Assembly: GCA_011109175.1 (NCBI GenBank) | Contig: RDEW01000002.1 | Span: 74,299-138,298 of the forward strand | Direction: 5' to 3' | Origin: Dicyema japonicum | Taxonomy: Eukaryota; Animalia; Dicyemida | DNA: 64,000 bases | In this document: positions 40,300 through 52,929 of the stretch, piece by piece | Position numbering within the stretch: the stretch's first letter is position 1 | Layout of the letters: the number at the start of each line of letters is the position of its first letter | Made by a program: the position numbers and the translations under genes | Notes under the pieces: generated by a model | What the model was told of the DNA's origin: nothing | Databases searched by the model: none | What the model saw: the letters and a program-made list of their open reading frames with translations, nothing else

Positions 40300-41640
40300 A
40301 AAATACAATTTCTGAATGTGTCACATAAAATCGCTTAAATTCAGTTTAACTTTCACTGACGGCAACTTATTCAGGTCAGCCTCGGAAAGGCATACCCTAC
40401 AGAAAAAAAGTACAAATGTCACGGTGGACAGTTCATTTTTAACCATTCTCCGTCGAAACTTCTGGAATCATTGGAGGCAATCACTAACCGTGCTGAACCG
40501 CATAGACAAAAAGTTAGCTTATTGGTCGAGTTTGCCCCGTCTCATTCTGGTTGATGCTTTACGGATGAAAGTCCTTGTCTTCTATCTGTTCATGACCATC
40601 GATGAGACAATGGAATCAAAAGATATTGAAAGTCAGTGATGACGACTATAGAATCAGACAAACTACGGTCATACACGAGCTCTTTAAGACAGATTATTCA
40701 ACTCAGTTTTTTATAACCCGAATTTAAGAGTCTCTTTAGTTCGTAGTCCACTCACGTCACAAGAGACTAAAGTGAACTGGATGAGCTAATAGTAAGGATT
40801 TATAAATCTCTAATAATCCGCCTCACCACGTGACTATCCTCAGCAAACGTGATCGATTACCCTAATAACCAGAATATTTGAATTTCTTGTGGTGATGGTC
40901 ACCTTTGTTTTACTGAACGTGGAGGGATATCTTCTGTTAGGATTTTTACGGCCAACTTTAATGGAGAAACTAGTCATGACGTTGGCTAGTTTTCTAGGGG
41001 ATTTCTAGGGGATGTTCGGCACTCAGTGAACTGCTCAAAGACTGACAAATTCAGTGTCTTACCCAATCACATCTCTGAGTAGAATCATGGATAAGGAAGA
41101 CACGTCTGTTGACGACTGGAGCTTTCCGAGATGTTCAGGTGAAATTTACAAGAATACTTAGACGTGGATAGTATTGGTGGCGATCAACGCCCTGATTCAT
41201 CTATGCTTGAAAATAAATGATGGCCTCTCGCAAAGAAGACAGCTAAATATGGCATCTGGGAACTAAGCTAAAGAAGCCACTCGAACGAATCACGGAATAG
41301 CGGAAAGTTAATCATCCCCCAACTGGCAATAATTAGTTCCATTATATATAGCGTTGCTCACTTGACGGGGGCTGGCTGGAATTCCGTGAATGTTGGTCCC
41401 ACAAGAGGCCTTTATAGATTAAACTTAAGTTCGCATGACCAAATCCTGGACATTTATAGCCTCGATACCTACAGATTGAAAACTGGGACATCAACCCACC
41501 GTAACCTTGTCATGGCAGATTCTCTCGACTTCAAATGAATGTAGGAACACCTTCATGGACTTTGTCCTCGTGTGAGCCTGTTGATTCGGGATCTCACTGT
41601 TATTAAGGATCCAGAAGAGTTGGTGAAAGTCAACTAAGCC
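40300..41640 (+). CDS. Unidentified, probably intron-containing host gene or pseudogene
   Basis: Exon-like composition, short ORF pieces and candidate short GT-AG introns. No family recognised. Confidence 0.3.
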
Positions 41641-41659
41641 AAACTCAATTTATTTTTTG

Positions 41660-42590
41660 GTTAAAAGAAGTCAAAAACAAGCGAACATAAGTATGGTCTC
41701 CCATAAGTGAACATCCATGCATTTCTTATCTGTTTCGGCTTCATATAATGAGAGGAAATCAAATTTTTGTATTTACAAAAATTCTTGTGAACAAAAAAGA
41801 ACAAAATCCCGAATATGGATTAATTCTATGGTGGTATTGACAGTACATATCCCTTCGAGTTGTAAGCATAATTCACCTGTGAAGAACACATCTTCGAATC
41901 TTATCTGTCGTTTAAAGTCACCATTATTTTTCTGAGTGTATTCACCGGCAACGCATAAGCAGAACCTTGACAGTACGGGGGAAAGAATTTGCCCGGATAC
42001 TCTTTTTCCGAGATATACCTGGTTATCAAATTTGTTGCCACTTCAGCTGTGGTTCTTGCATCACTATTGAGTAGGATTTCTGACAGGAAATGAATTCAGT
42101 CTTTTTGATCATTTTTTCGTGTTGAAATTGATTCTTAGAATTAACACGTGGGAAACATATGTTTGAACGGCCAATATGACTTAAACATTAATTGCTCGTA
42201 TCTGTCGTAGAATTTGTTAATATACAAAATGTCGTTTTCTTCCAAAATTTCCCGCTTTATATCCTCTTTGAATTTTGAGCTTTTGCCGACCGAGAACAGG
42301 AGTTTTATTGGACGAAAATGTAACATTCCCCCCATGTTTTCCTAATAGCTCGTCGGCGATCAAAGTTTTGCGGACCTAAAATGTTTAAATTGTAAACTTG
42401 AAGTACCGATGATCGTCAAAAAGTACGTATAGTCTGAATCTGTGTTTTCCTTATATTCAGAATCCTCTTTGGTGGATAGAATTGAAGGAATTTTCTTGAC
42501 TAACGAAATCAGCAAGTATAGTCCAATGGAAACAAAGAGTAAATTGGAAACTCTTTATAAACTAGAAATTACAAAATTCGTACATTTCTG
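41660..42590 (-). CDS. GT31 beta-1,3-galactosyltransferase-like gene, possibly a pseudogene
   Basis: N-terminal TM (LLFVSIGLYLLISLV), then QNFDRRRAIRKTWG, LLFSVG, EILEENDILYINKFYDRYEQL, YISEKEYPGKFFPPYCQGSAY and RFEDVFFTG. The frame is interrupted by stops at about 42060-42145, where the DxD motif should lie. Confidence 0.75.
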
Positions 42591-42654
42591 TCTCATTAAT
42601 GTAATTGTGTGTTTTTTATTCATATTTATTTAAAATTTGAAAATATTGATTATA

Positions 42655-42790
42655 CAGTAAAACCACTGCGAACCACCAAATTATACTGAAAATCCCCAAA
42701 TTATAAGGCGAACTCCTGATAACCGCCAACTTTACCGAAAATACCCAAATCATAAGGCAAACTCCTGCTAACTGCCAGTTTTCTTAAAAA
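42655..42790 (+). mobile_element. pogo/Tigger-type left end with ~50-bp tandem subterminal repeats
   Basis: TA|CAGTAAAACC start, then 2.3 copies of AACC.CCAA.TT.AC.GAAAAT.CCCAAAT.ATAAGGC.AACTCCTG.T. Confidence 0.6.
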
Positions 42791-42825
42791 ATAGTTTATT
42801 AAAATTTATTTTAAAAAGTTATAAT

Positions 42826-43203
42826 ATATTCCCATACCCCACGGAAAATCACTCGTCTGGGACGCAACGTCTGTGGACACCTTCTCAGGGGTCAGATCGC
42901 TGACGGCGACGCACTCTCCTGGAGACGCAGCCCACCAGGCGGAGGCCAAGAAGATCCGTAAATACGAATCTCTCGGAGACCAATACCATTTCACCCCCAT
43001 TGCAGTGGAGACAACTGGAACCGTGGGAGCAAAGACGGATGCCTTTCTCTTTAGCATTGGAAGCAAGCTCGAAAAGGTGTGAGCCACGGGAGAGGCTCTG
43101 GTTGAGGCAGAGGCTCGAAATACCGATTATCAGAGGTAACGCCTTCGCCATTCTGTCGTCCTAGTTATTTATAATTTTAAAAATAAATTATCTTAATGTT
43201 AAA
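42826..43203 (+). mobile_element. 5'-truncated CRE-like LINE with 13-bp TSD
   Basis: VWDATSVDTF...EAKKIRKYESLGDQYHFTPIAVETTG...WLRQRLEIPIIRGNAFAIL. TSD AAAAAGTTATAAT at 42813-42825 and 43204-43216. Confidence 0.9.
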
Positions 43204-44599
43204 AAAAAGTTATAATTATTATCCTTGAGCTTCGCTTGGAATGAATTCTGCCCAAGCACCATTAGTTTTAGTATGCCAACTGGTGCAATACAGAAATGGA
43301 CCCACTAATAGTTAACAATGTGAGAATTATAATGATTTTGTTTTAAGGTCCATTTATTAGTGAAGATTAGGTAATAAGATATTCTTTTACAAAAAAGTTG
43401 AAAGATAAGACTGAATTGACAAAATCAACGAATTTAATATATGCTTTTAAATACTTGATATATTTTAAATCTTGTTGACAAGGTTGAAGAGATAGGCGAT
43501 ATTAATGTGGTAACCAAGAATGTTATTTGGCTCTTCAAGTATTGAAAAAATATTTTAAACATCTTGAATTGTTTGATTTAAATGGTTAATCTGCTTTCAA
43601 GTGTCGCCTCAATGTCATGATATCTCTAAGGCTTTTACTGTGTGATTTGATGCTCCGTTAAAACAGCTTCGACAGCGAGTACGTAGAATATCTGTCATTA
43701 GATCAAAGTTTTTTCTGCGCAAGGACCTATGATATTTCTGCTGTTTCTGAATCCAGCATCTTCGACGAGGACATGATGTTTTAACTATCTCCCATATTTA
43801 ATCTCAACTTTATTTCTCTCGTTGATGAACATTCATTAATGATAAATAATTCTCCTCGAAATAGAATCACACTCAATCTGGAATCTATCCTCGCCCTACC
43901 TACGTCTTCAGGTAATCTTTCATCTCCCAGGAAAATTTCAAACATCTTCCTGAGACTTTTGAGTGACTACAATGTTGTTGAAATCATTGGGATGTCCATC
44001 GTAACCACATGGGAGCATTTAAGTACCTCCCACCAAATGCATGTCTAAAAGCTATTCTATGGTGTACTTATTTCCCCCATCTAAATTGGATGACGTCCTG
44101 ATCTAGTATAAACGCCGAAATTATCATCAAAGGTCACAATTCAAGGTCATCACGTCAAACTAGTGAAATTTCTAATACACCGACTCTTATTATGAGGTCT
44201 CTGGGGTACCTGTGGTAAAGACTATGATGCCAGTTATAAATGGCTAACATATATGCAAATGCGAATCCCCAAGGATATTGAGTAAGTGGAAGAAATCCTG
44301 CAGAATCCACAACTCTTAAGAATTGCTTAAAATGTTTTCAGCATAAAAACAATATTTTATTAAACTGGTTCAAAAATTTGTATTTTAAATAGTTTATTAA
44401 TTTTATTCGCATTTTTAATAAATAATTAATATTATTAAATTTGAATTCTCTTTTTTTAATTATATTTTTCAATATCTCCCGGCTATTATTATTATTTTTG
44501 ATATTCAATTACTCAATAATAAATTAATTCAAATTTTCGAGAAGAGTGCTCCATTATGGGTAGCAGGCATTGAGTAAGCAATAGGAGTTGCCACTCATG

Positions 44600-44800
44600 G
44601 TCGCAATGTTCTGGAAGAGCTTGAGCTACGGGGAGGGTGATTACAGTCATTCGCTTCCTTAGTCCTGCAAACCGATCGATCACCCTGATAAACTTTGCTG
44701 TGCTAGGGCCAGGCTCACCAGATATCCCAACGGAGATCGATTGGAAGGTGAGGCTGATGTGATAGCTAGCGTACAATCTTCTATTAGGAAGAACCAAAAG
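44600..44800 (-). mobile_element. CRE-like LINE 3' fragment, decayed
   Basis: FQSISVGISGEPGPSTAKFIRVIDRFAG..KRMT, homologous to the CRE C-terminal block seen elsewhere in the window. Confidence 0.6.
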
Positions 44801-44869
44801 CGAAAATTGTTGTTTTCCGAAATTGGAATTCCTCCCAAAGTCGTACCTGGTTGAAGGCTGCATCTTTGT

Positions 44870-45090
44870 AACTTCTACGAAAATGCATTGAAAAGTGAAA
44901 AAACTAAAATTATTAACATGGAATGTAAAAATGTATCTTCTGAAGATTATTCGTTCCTTTTAAATTGTCAGCCATCCTCGGCATCTGACGAAAGATGTTT
45001 TTCGCAATTCAAGAGTTTTTTGAGGACAAAGAGAAACTTTTGTACGCGAAATCAGAAAAATTACGTAATGTCCATTTTCAATAAATAGTC
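44870..45090 (+). mobile_element. hAT-like transposase C-terminal (dimerisation) remnant
   Basis: FLLNCQPSSASDERCFSQFKSFLRTKRNF matches the P.TS...ER.FS..K..L...R..F motif. Confidence 0.6.
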
Positions 45091-45329
45091 TTTAAAACAA
45101 CATTTGTCTTTTATTGTTTCGCATCTATATTTTACTGAGAATAAAGTTAATTTTTTTAATTTTAAGGTTAAAAAATGTTTGCCCTAATTACTAATTCATT
45201 TTCGAAAATGTTTGCTTATGGATATTATTTCACGACTAATAGTTCGTTTTCTAACAAGTCAATGATATTTAAACAAATTTAATTTACGTGGAGCCATGTG
45301 GTTACTTGATTGAAGAGTTCTTTTGCTTT

Positions 45330-45410
45330 ATTCCGTTTCTGCTCTTTTTTTGTTCCCTTAAAGTGGTGTTATGTGGTCCACCTGTTCAAGGTGACGCACA
45401 ATGAACGATA
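45330..45410 (+). repeat. Solo copy of the terminal region of the pogo-like element at 50360
   Basis: ttgttcccttaaagtggtgttatgtggtccacctgttcaaggtgacgca vs ttgttcacttaaagtggtgttgttatccacttgttccagtgacgca at about 50383-50428. Confidence 0.55.
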
Positions 45411-45439
45411 GTCATGATCTGAAATTATCATCAAATTTC

Positions 45440-46730
45440 GAAAATAAATGAAATTCCATTTTAACGTAAGCACTGCTGATGATTTGGAAAGGAGTAAGTA
45501 CCTGCTCAGAATATGGATGTGTCATTGGTCCGAGCACATCTGAGTTTATCAGGTTAATCGGACGGCTTCGGGGAAGCGGAAAGAACCAAGAATGACGCGA
45601 TGGCTTTTTCAGAACATTGGCCATGAAATTACCGGCGATGAATTTACCGGTTACTGATTTATTTGAGCAGTTATAGCGACAAGGCTGATTGTAGTTTTGG
45701 TTGGAACAACTTTCCGAAGATCAATGGAAATGTAAAATATTCATAGATTCCAAATTATAACAGTTACCAGAGGTGTTCTCCAGGAGATTGGAAACGCATC
45801 TCGTCCAGGATGGGAGATCCGCGGGAGTGGAATGGTTACGCGACCGTCTCAGAATTGCCATCGTTCGCGGCAATGATCACTATCTCTAGATATCTGGTAT
45901 CTGAATTTTTTGTCATTCTAAAAAAACGCTGCTATGAACAACATTGTCATGCGTTTCTTGAAGCAGTAGGCTTCTGGGTAGTGCTGGAGCCGTGGGATTA
46001 GAGGTCGGAGACAGGAAAAGGTCGGATGGGCTAACAATCTTTCCGTTTTTAGGGAAAATCGCTAGTATGGGATTGCACTTGTTTGTATTCTTATAACTCA
46101 ATGATGCTCACTTCGGCGCAGTCTGCTGGATCGGCAGACGATCTTGCTGAGAAATCAAGATAAAAAATATGGTGGAATTGGAGACCACTTTCGTTCTGTA
46201 TCGGTAACAATCGAAACGTTTGGTATTACGGGAAGTATCACAGCCTTGCTCCTTAAGGAAATCGGGGGAAATTGGCCCATCGTAAGAAAGACGTGCGGAA
46301 GCGGTCAGGCTAAGGCAACGAATGGGGATTGCAGTTGTCCGCGGAAACGCTTACTCCGTAATCTCAGCACTTTCCTAGTACTACCCTAATCGCATGTTAC
46401 TTTTTTGTTTTTAAAATAAATTTTTTTCTAAATCAATTCGTGCGGAGAACTAAAAATCAAGAAATATTCTTGCCTCGGGGATCGCTACCGATTTACTCCT
46501 GTTGCGACCGAATCATCGGGAGCCGTTGGTACAATGACGGCTGAGTTCTTGTTAGAACTCGGAGGATTGCTTGCCGGAAAGAAAAGGGATCAACGAGAAG
46601 GTTATGGCTAAGACAAAAGAATGGATGGCCATTCTCCGAGGGAACTCGTTAGCAATCCACGCAGCAGGCTTCCTCAACTGACATTTGTTTAATTTGTAAA
46701 AAAATTATTTTGTTTAAAAAAATAAAAAAT
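45440..46730 (+). mobile_element. Cluster of about four co-oriented CRE-like 3' fragments (45440-45660, 45760-45890, 45900-46420, 46440-46730)
   Basis: VIGPSTSEFIRLIG...KEPRMTRWL; WLRDRLRIAIVRGN; LEP.GLEVGDRKRSDGLTIFPF.GKSLVWDCTC (RLE); the last piece is near-identical to 30010-30270. Confidence 0.8.
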
Positions 46731-48199
46731 AAATTCGTTTATTTTCTCAAAAATCTACACGTGTTAGAAAAGATAAAGACAAAAATAACAACCTCACAAC
46801 TTTAAACAGATGATTAAGATTATTAATCGATAAATACATTTTTTATAGAAAACCGGGTTTTACCGTTGATTTAATCAACAATGTGTCATTTATAATTTAC
46901 TGAATTTTCGACCTTTTCTAACATGGGATCAGTCTCAGACCATCAGGAAGCTTGCCATTCCTGTTTTCCTTCATACAACCGAAGGACGTGTGTTAAGATC
47001 ATCTCCTACATCGGATTTTTAAAGAATTCAGGGATCTCTCAGATACATTCACTCAGAGATTTCGAATACAGACTTCCAATAGTGTCTTACCGTCGACACA
47101 ACAAATAACTCACACAAAACTGACGCGATAATTCTCTGATTTTTTATCTTAATAAAATCAATGTCCTGGTCTCTGGTATTGCCCACTTTTTCCAAAATAT
47201 AGATACAGATTCGAAAACTGGTAATACCGAAATCTTCGTTTCTTAAATGAAGGAGGTTGTACCTGCCACTTTAAATTCTAATCGGATAACTCCCTGACCT
47301 TTTCAAAATCACCCCTGCATTCTAGTTCACATAAGAAATTTGCGATCTCGATATTCCTTACTCACTTTTCAATGACTGAAAGTTCCACTGTTAAAACTCT
47401 CTGATTTCACTCACCTCCATAACTGCTTTTTTATTTCTTGTTGCGTTGGGACTTGCTTCCTTTTTTGCTGTACACCTATTAGTTGTTAACTGTTGACTTA
47501 TTTCTCGATGGGGGGTTAATAATAATAGTCAGTCCTTAGAAAAAAATAATGCCTGTATTCATCGTTTACGGACAATTTCCATGTTCCATTACCCTTTACT
47601 CGCCATTTCTCAGTCCAATTCCAGAGGTGTTGAAAATGAGAAAATTAAAAAAAGTTGGTTTTAATCTTTAAAATTTTGTTTTTTACCTTTAAAAAATTTA
47701 GTGACGCTATTGATCGGAAAAGTGACGCTAATGGTCGGGAAACCCAATAATAATGGTCAGTCCTTAGTAAAAGTCGAAAATTATTCCCAGAATTTTTAAA
47801 AGCAAAGTTAGAATTAATGGTTAGTCGAGTTAAAATTATAATTTGGGATGACATAATAGAGATTAGATTGCTGGTACACATTATTAGAATCTCTTCCAAC
47901 TGCGATAAGTAAGAATTTATATATTGATAACTGGTTTTTGTTGAAGAAATTCATTATCTTAAAATTTGTGTGAATAGTGAATGGAATAATCATTTTTTTA
48001 GCATTCACTTTAATTTCTTTATAAATCCAATATTTTATCACTAAAATATTATAAATTTAAAATACAAATTTTTATTTTTTTAATAAACAGAAAATAAATT
48101 TTTATTGTTACATTCTTGTTAATTTCTGTTTTGTTGAAGTACGCAGTGATATGGCCAGTAGCCATATTATTGAATTCGTAACGAATCGAGTCATTCACA

Positions 48200-49540
48200 A
48201 ATAAATTATATTTATCTAATTTTTAAATCAAATATACAAAGTCTGCACATTTTGACCATTTTGTAAAAACTTGAGGGCGCTATGATTTAATTTACAAAAA
48301 TGCCACATTTTGTGTAACGAGAATGCAGGAATACCCCAATTCTGTACCACTGACAGTAGTAGCCAGCCAAATATGTCTGTGTAAAGTCAAAATCGTATCT
48401 GTTCTTTATAAAAATACGTCTTTTTTGTTTCTCAGCTTTCGAACTCGTCGCTTCCGACTAATATGAATTAAATTACCGTACAATGTTGTATTCTCCCTTG
48501 ACTGATGTGATTGTAAGCGAAACGTTGATTTTGTCGTTTGAATGCTGCTGTTGGCTGCAGAGACTATATTTTGTGGAATTATTCGTTTTAATGCACAAAG
48601 CGGTAACTTTTACCAAAATTTTGCTGGTAAAATTAATTCTTTCAAGTGAAAATGCATTGACGAGCAAATAAGTCGTTTCTAAATGCCAATCCCAGTTACT
48701 TTGATTGCACAAAACTTTGTACAATGTGTAAATACATGGTTTTGTGTGTCGTTGGACGATAGGGTCACTTGTGCACAAAAAAATTTCAAATCATCACAAT
48801 TTTTGGCTTCTCTTAGTGGCAGGATTTCAGTGAATTCATATAAATTATGTTTGATTCCTAGTATTTTAATAATCGGGAACCATTAGTGAGTACTTCTCTG
48901 TACTTTGGGATCTTTATGTCCGCAAATTCTGAGTTTCTCTTCTCGTAGCTAGCGTTTGTGTTGTCGTTGGAGAAATAAATTTTAATCGAGTCTACCGTTT
49001 CAGTGGTTTTTTGGTCGATTAAAATCTTCACATCTGCTTTATTGGGTTTGTAGTCAGTGAGAATGAACTCGTATTCTGTATCCAACTCCAATTCTAATTT
49101 ATGTTCACAAAATACCTTTTATTTTGAAAGTTGTTATTAATTGGAACAGCAAGAGGCTTATCATTGCTTTTTTGTTCGATTTTACTATTTAAGGAGACCA
49201 TTTTATTTATTTGGAAAGGGCATTGCCGATATATTGATATTGAGTTAATGGAAATTGAATTATTCCAAGACCCAGGGAAAACTAAACTAAGTAATTGATA
49301 CTGACGAATTCCAGCAGATCCCTCACCCAATCAGAGTCATCCAAAGCTTTGTCCAGCGAGATGAGGTCGATTCCAGAACTCGTCTCCAGAGAGCGAAATT
49401 GTCTCCCAGTGGAATGAATAGATGGATCCTTTTGAGTGTCAGCCAGGCATTGGGCATCTCCTGAGTCAGGTGGATTCAAGGACACAACTAGAGGGAAGGA
49501 AAAGAAATCTTCAATCAAGTACCAAATGGCACCACGTGGA
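48200..49540 (-). CDS. Unidentified host gene(s), intron-containing
   Basis: Several stop-free exon-like pieces (e.g. TTFKIKELELDTEYEFILTDY, possibly FN3-like) separated by 22-24-nt GT-AG candidates. No confident family. Confidence 0.3.
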
Positions 49541-49719
49541 TATTAAATTACTAAAAATCCAATTTGTAAAGTTGATGGATAAAGTCATTTAATGGGTTTT
49601 CCTGGTTTATAAAATTCACCATTTTGCTTGAATATGCGTAGCACTTTGATCATACGAAAGGACTCGAAAGTTAAAGGACTCGATTAAAGAAAGAATTAGT
49701 ACGCATGGGAGTTATCTCA

Positions 49720-50270
49720 TATGATCCGATCAAGCCATCGTGTCATTCTAGGCTCTTCCTTCCGCTGTCCTGCAAGCCGCCTGACCAACCTGATAAACAT
49801 TGAAGCTGAGGCAAGCATGCGAATCGTCTCAACAGAGATCGGGTGGAAGGTAAACCGATCCCCAGTGCTACGATATTTACTCCTATAGGAATCTTCGTTA
49901 GTACTTGCTACGGAACCCGCGCACAAAGTTGACTTGAACAGATTCATTTGAGAAAGTATCCGTGCATGTTAAGTCCTAAAAAAGGCAAATCCCTCACTCC
50001 ATAGCATAGTGGTTACGCCTATCATTTCAGAAGGCAAGTAAATCCGGGGTATCCGATAGCCTTCATGATTGTCGAGTTTAGTATGGAGTGGCGATGGAAC
50101 TCCAGGCGCATGACAGCGAATGTTGTCTTTTCCTGCCATCGGCATCGGTGTTCCAAGCAAACAAGAGCAACTCCAACAAGAATGCTATCGTCCCAACTGA
50201 GTACAGACAACGTGAACCGGAAAGGCATTGAGTCAAGATCCAGAATTCTTTGCGGGAAATTATTTTAAGT
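49720..50270 (-). mobile_element. CRE-like LINE 3' fragment, decayed
   Basis: GTPMPMAG...; SKYRSTGDRFTFHPISVET...MFIRLVRRLAGQRKEEPRMTRWL. Confidence 0.75.
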
Positions 50271-50359
50271 CTCAATCCTTAAGAATAAATTTCAAGATTA
50301 TATATACGACCTGAAAGGATTTATTTTGAGAGATCACATGTAAAGACAATAAATAGATA

Positions 50360-51600
50360 TTACTTGACCCCGACATATTCCTTGTTCACTTAAAGTGGTG
50401 TTGTTATCCACTTGTTCCAGTGACGCAAAGTGTACGATACTAATGATTTATTTATTAACCCAAAAAAACAGTTAATTTAATTACTTTAATTAAGTGATAT
50501 CGACAACCTCAATCAGATTTCTCATCCTCTCCTTGTGGCTCTACAGATTTAAAAAGCAATTCAAAATAAAATTCAGAATAATACATGGCGAATCACAATC
50601 AGCTGATAAAGGAGGTGGGAATACTTCCGATCGACTTTCAATGATTTCCTAGAGAAATATGAAGAAAACATTTTCAATGTGTGATGAAACTCATTATTTT
50701 ATAAAGCCGTTTCCAAAAAGAGATTTGCTGAAAGAAATGAGTCACAAAGCGTACATAAAATAAGAAAAGAACGTATGACACTTCTTTTGTGTTGCAGATA
50801 CACAGGAGAAAAATATAAACCGCTTATAATTGGGCGTGCGAAGTCACCAAGAGTATTAAAAGGTGTGAATCTGAAAAAAATCGGCATTGAACATTATGCT
50901 TCAAGCAAAGCCTGGATGACAAAAAATATTTTTTGAAAATTGATTTTCTCGATTTAACGAGGAAATGAGGGAGAAAAGAAGAAAAAGAGCATTATTAATT
51001 GACAATGCAACTTGTCATGCTGTTTCTGCCTAATATTCAAACGTAGACGTAATATTTTTTCCAAAAAACACAACTTCCTTAATTCAGCCATATGACCAAG
51101 GAATAATACAGGCATTTAAGAATCATTTCAATAATTTGATGATGAAGACGATTATCTATGATAAAAATCCTATAGCTCAAATAGATGAAGCAATAAAGGG
51201 AATCACAACATTTGATGCTATTTCATGTTCGAAATTGGCATGGGACGAGATTAACTTCAATACAACATTGCTTTGAGAAGGCTTTGGAATATGACTGTCG
51301 GGAAAAAGAGGGCACCGGAGAAAGTCTGATTGATTCAGATATCGTGGAAAATGCGATTTTGGAGAGCTTCTGGGATGATCATAATAGTGATGAAGAGGAC
51401 TGCAGCGAACAATTTCTGGAACATTTGGATGATCAACAAGTTATAGACAATGCGAAATGCGCATTCGCAATGCTGCTAAATGTCATTAAGCAAGAGACTC
51501 CGGAAAATGTACTTGATCTATTCAGATTCAAAGCAAATATTATGAGTTCGATGCAAAAAAACAAAACCCTCGATTAAAATTAACGGATTTTTTATTAAAA
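50360..51600 (+). mobile_element. Second pogo/Tigger family, decayed transposase
   Basis: HGESQSADK, NIFNV.DET, KYKPLIIGRAKSPRVLKG, LLIDNATCH, NTTSLIQPYDQGIIQAFKNHF. Several stops and frameshifts; TIRs not resolved. Confidence 0.85.
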
Positions 51601-51649
51601 AATAAAATTGTAGTATCCGTCTTGGTTATAGTAGAGGGACAAATCTGCT

Positions 51650-52110
51650 TCAAGGGCTCTGGCGGTAGTTCAGTGTGTGACTGGCTGCTGTCTGTATCCG
51701 CATCCAAGTCTCAGTTCCTCTATTCACAACGGAGAGGAAAATTAAAAATGGACTCGAGGTAATCTTCGAAAACATTCCTATTCCTTCTACATGAATCCAG
51801 AAAATCTTTGGAGTAACATTAGGCTCCTTCCCACCTACAGCTTGCATCAGCAAACTATATCTCCAAGTTATTAGTCGACAACTGAATACGGCTATTCTGT
51901 CTGGAAATTCACTCTTGACTATTCGAGGGTTGATCGCATAAACTCTCTCAACAGAAAATCATGCGGCATGTGCAATCAGACACCATATCCATCCCTAGTC
52001 TTTTTTCAGACGCTGCGACGTTGAGAAATGGCCAAGGCTTCCTATGTATCTGCAAGGAACTAGGAAACTCATTCAGAGAAAGGGCGGCCAGATCGGCCAT
52101 AAAAATGTAG
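51650..52110 (-). mobile_element. Highly decayed CRE-like fragment
   Basis: Weak residual motifs (LMQAVGG.EP, ELRLGC) in a GC-richer segment between the pogo element and EAPP. Confidence 0.4.
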
Positions 52111-52273
52111 ACACAAAAAGGCAATTGGTTCGTTGGCGGACACTAAAGGAAAAATCGCGAGATGTTAGAGATGGATCACCTAATTAATGAGTTGACGTTT
52201 CTTTTTGGTGGTCTTCATGTTTTAAAATAAAGAGTGTGCATATCTTGTTGGCTCAACAAAAAAATTATGACAA

Positions 52274-52811
52274 TTACTCACTCACAATAATATTAAAAAA
52301 ATGAAAGGTTTGTTCAATATCCATTACAGCCACGTGGGTAGAACACGTGTTACATCTCACAGTATAGTAGACCTCTTCACTTTTAGGCAACCTCATCAAT
52401 TCATTAGGCAGGACTTACAATTCGAGACAAACAAGGCTCTGTACTGATTCGCATAAATTGAATGCCTAATCACTGCTTATTAACAAACACCTTTGACAGT
52501 CACGTGTGAGCAAAGTGAAGCATCCAGGACAGTAAAGGGTCCCATCTGTGAGAGGAAGAGGAGTTGAAGAATCCTTCTGTTTTGGAAACAAGTAACTTCG
52601 TCGTGTTTTATCAACCCAGTCTTGGTTTCTTTTGTCAATTTGGCTAGAGTATAATTCGACTTCATTAGTGGTATGATCGGTTTGGCTGTTGGTGAGGTTA
52701 CAATCTTCTATTTTTTGTGCAACGTCACTTTCCAGCGCAGAAAAGTTACTAAAGCTTATTACAAGGCATTTACAGTATATTTGTGTCTGAATCACTACTT
52801 TCATCACACAT
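52274..52811 (-). CDS. EAPP: E2F-associated phosphoprotein
   Basis: Spliced: VELYSSQIDKRNQDWVDKTRRSY...[36 protein letters not shown]...VRCNTCSTHVAVMDIEQTFHFFNII matches EAPP (LYDP..D..DQ.WVD; SDAVLNCPACMT.LC.DCQRH..Y..QYRAMFV.NC; C..CSTEVAV.D..EVFHFFNV). Confidence 0.9.
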
Positions 52812-52929
52812 GAATATAAAATTTAAATCTTAAAAATTAATTTAAGTTTGAATTTTATTATTAAAAAAATAAAGTCTTTTAGTTAAGAAGCCAGGATAGG
52901 AAGGCGTTTCCTCTGATCACTTCCAATTC

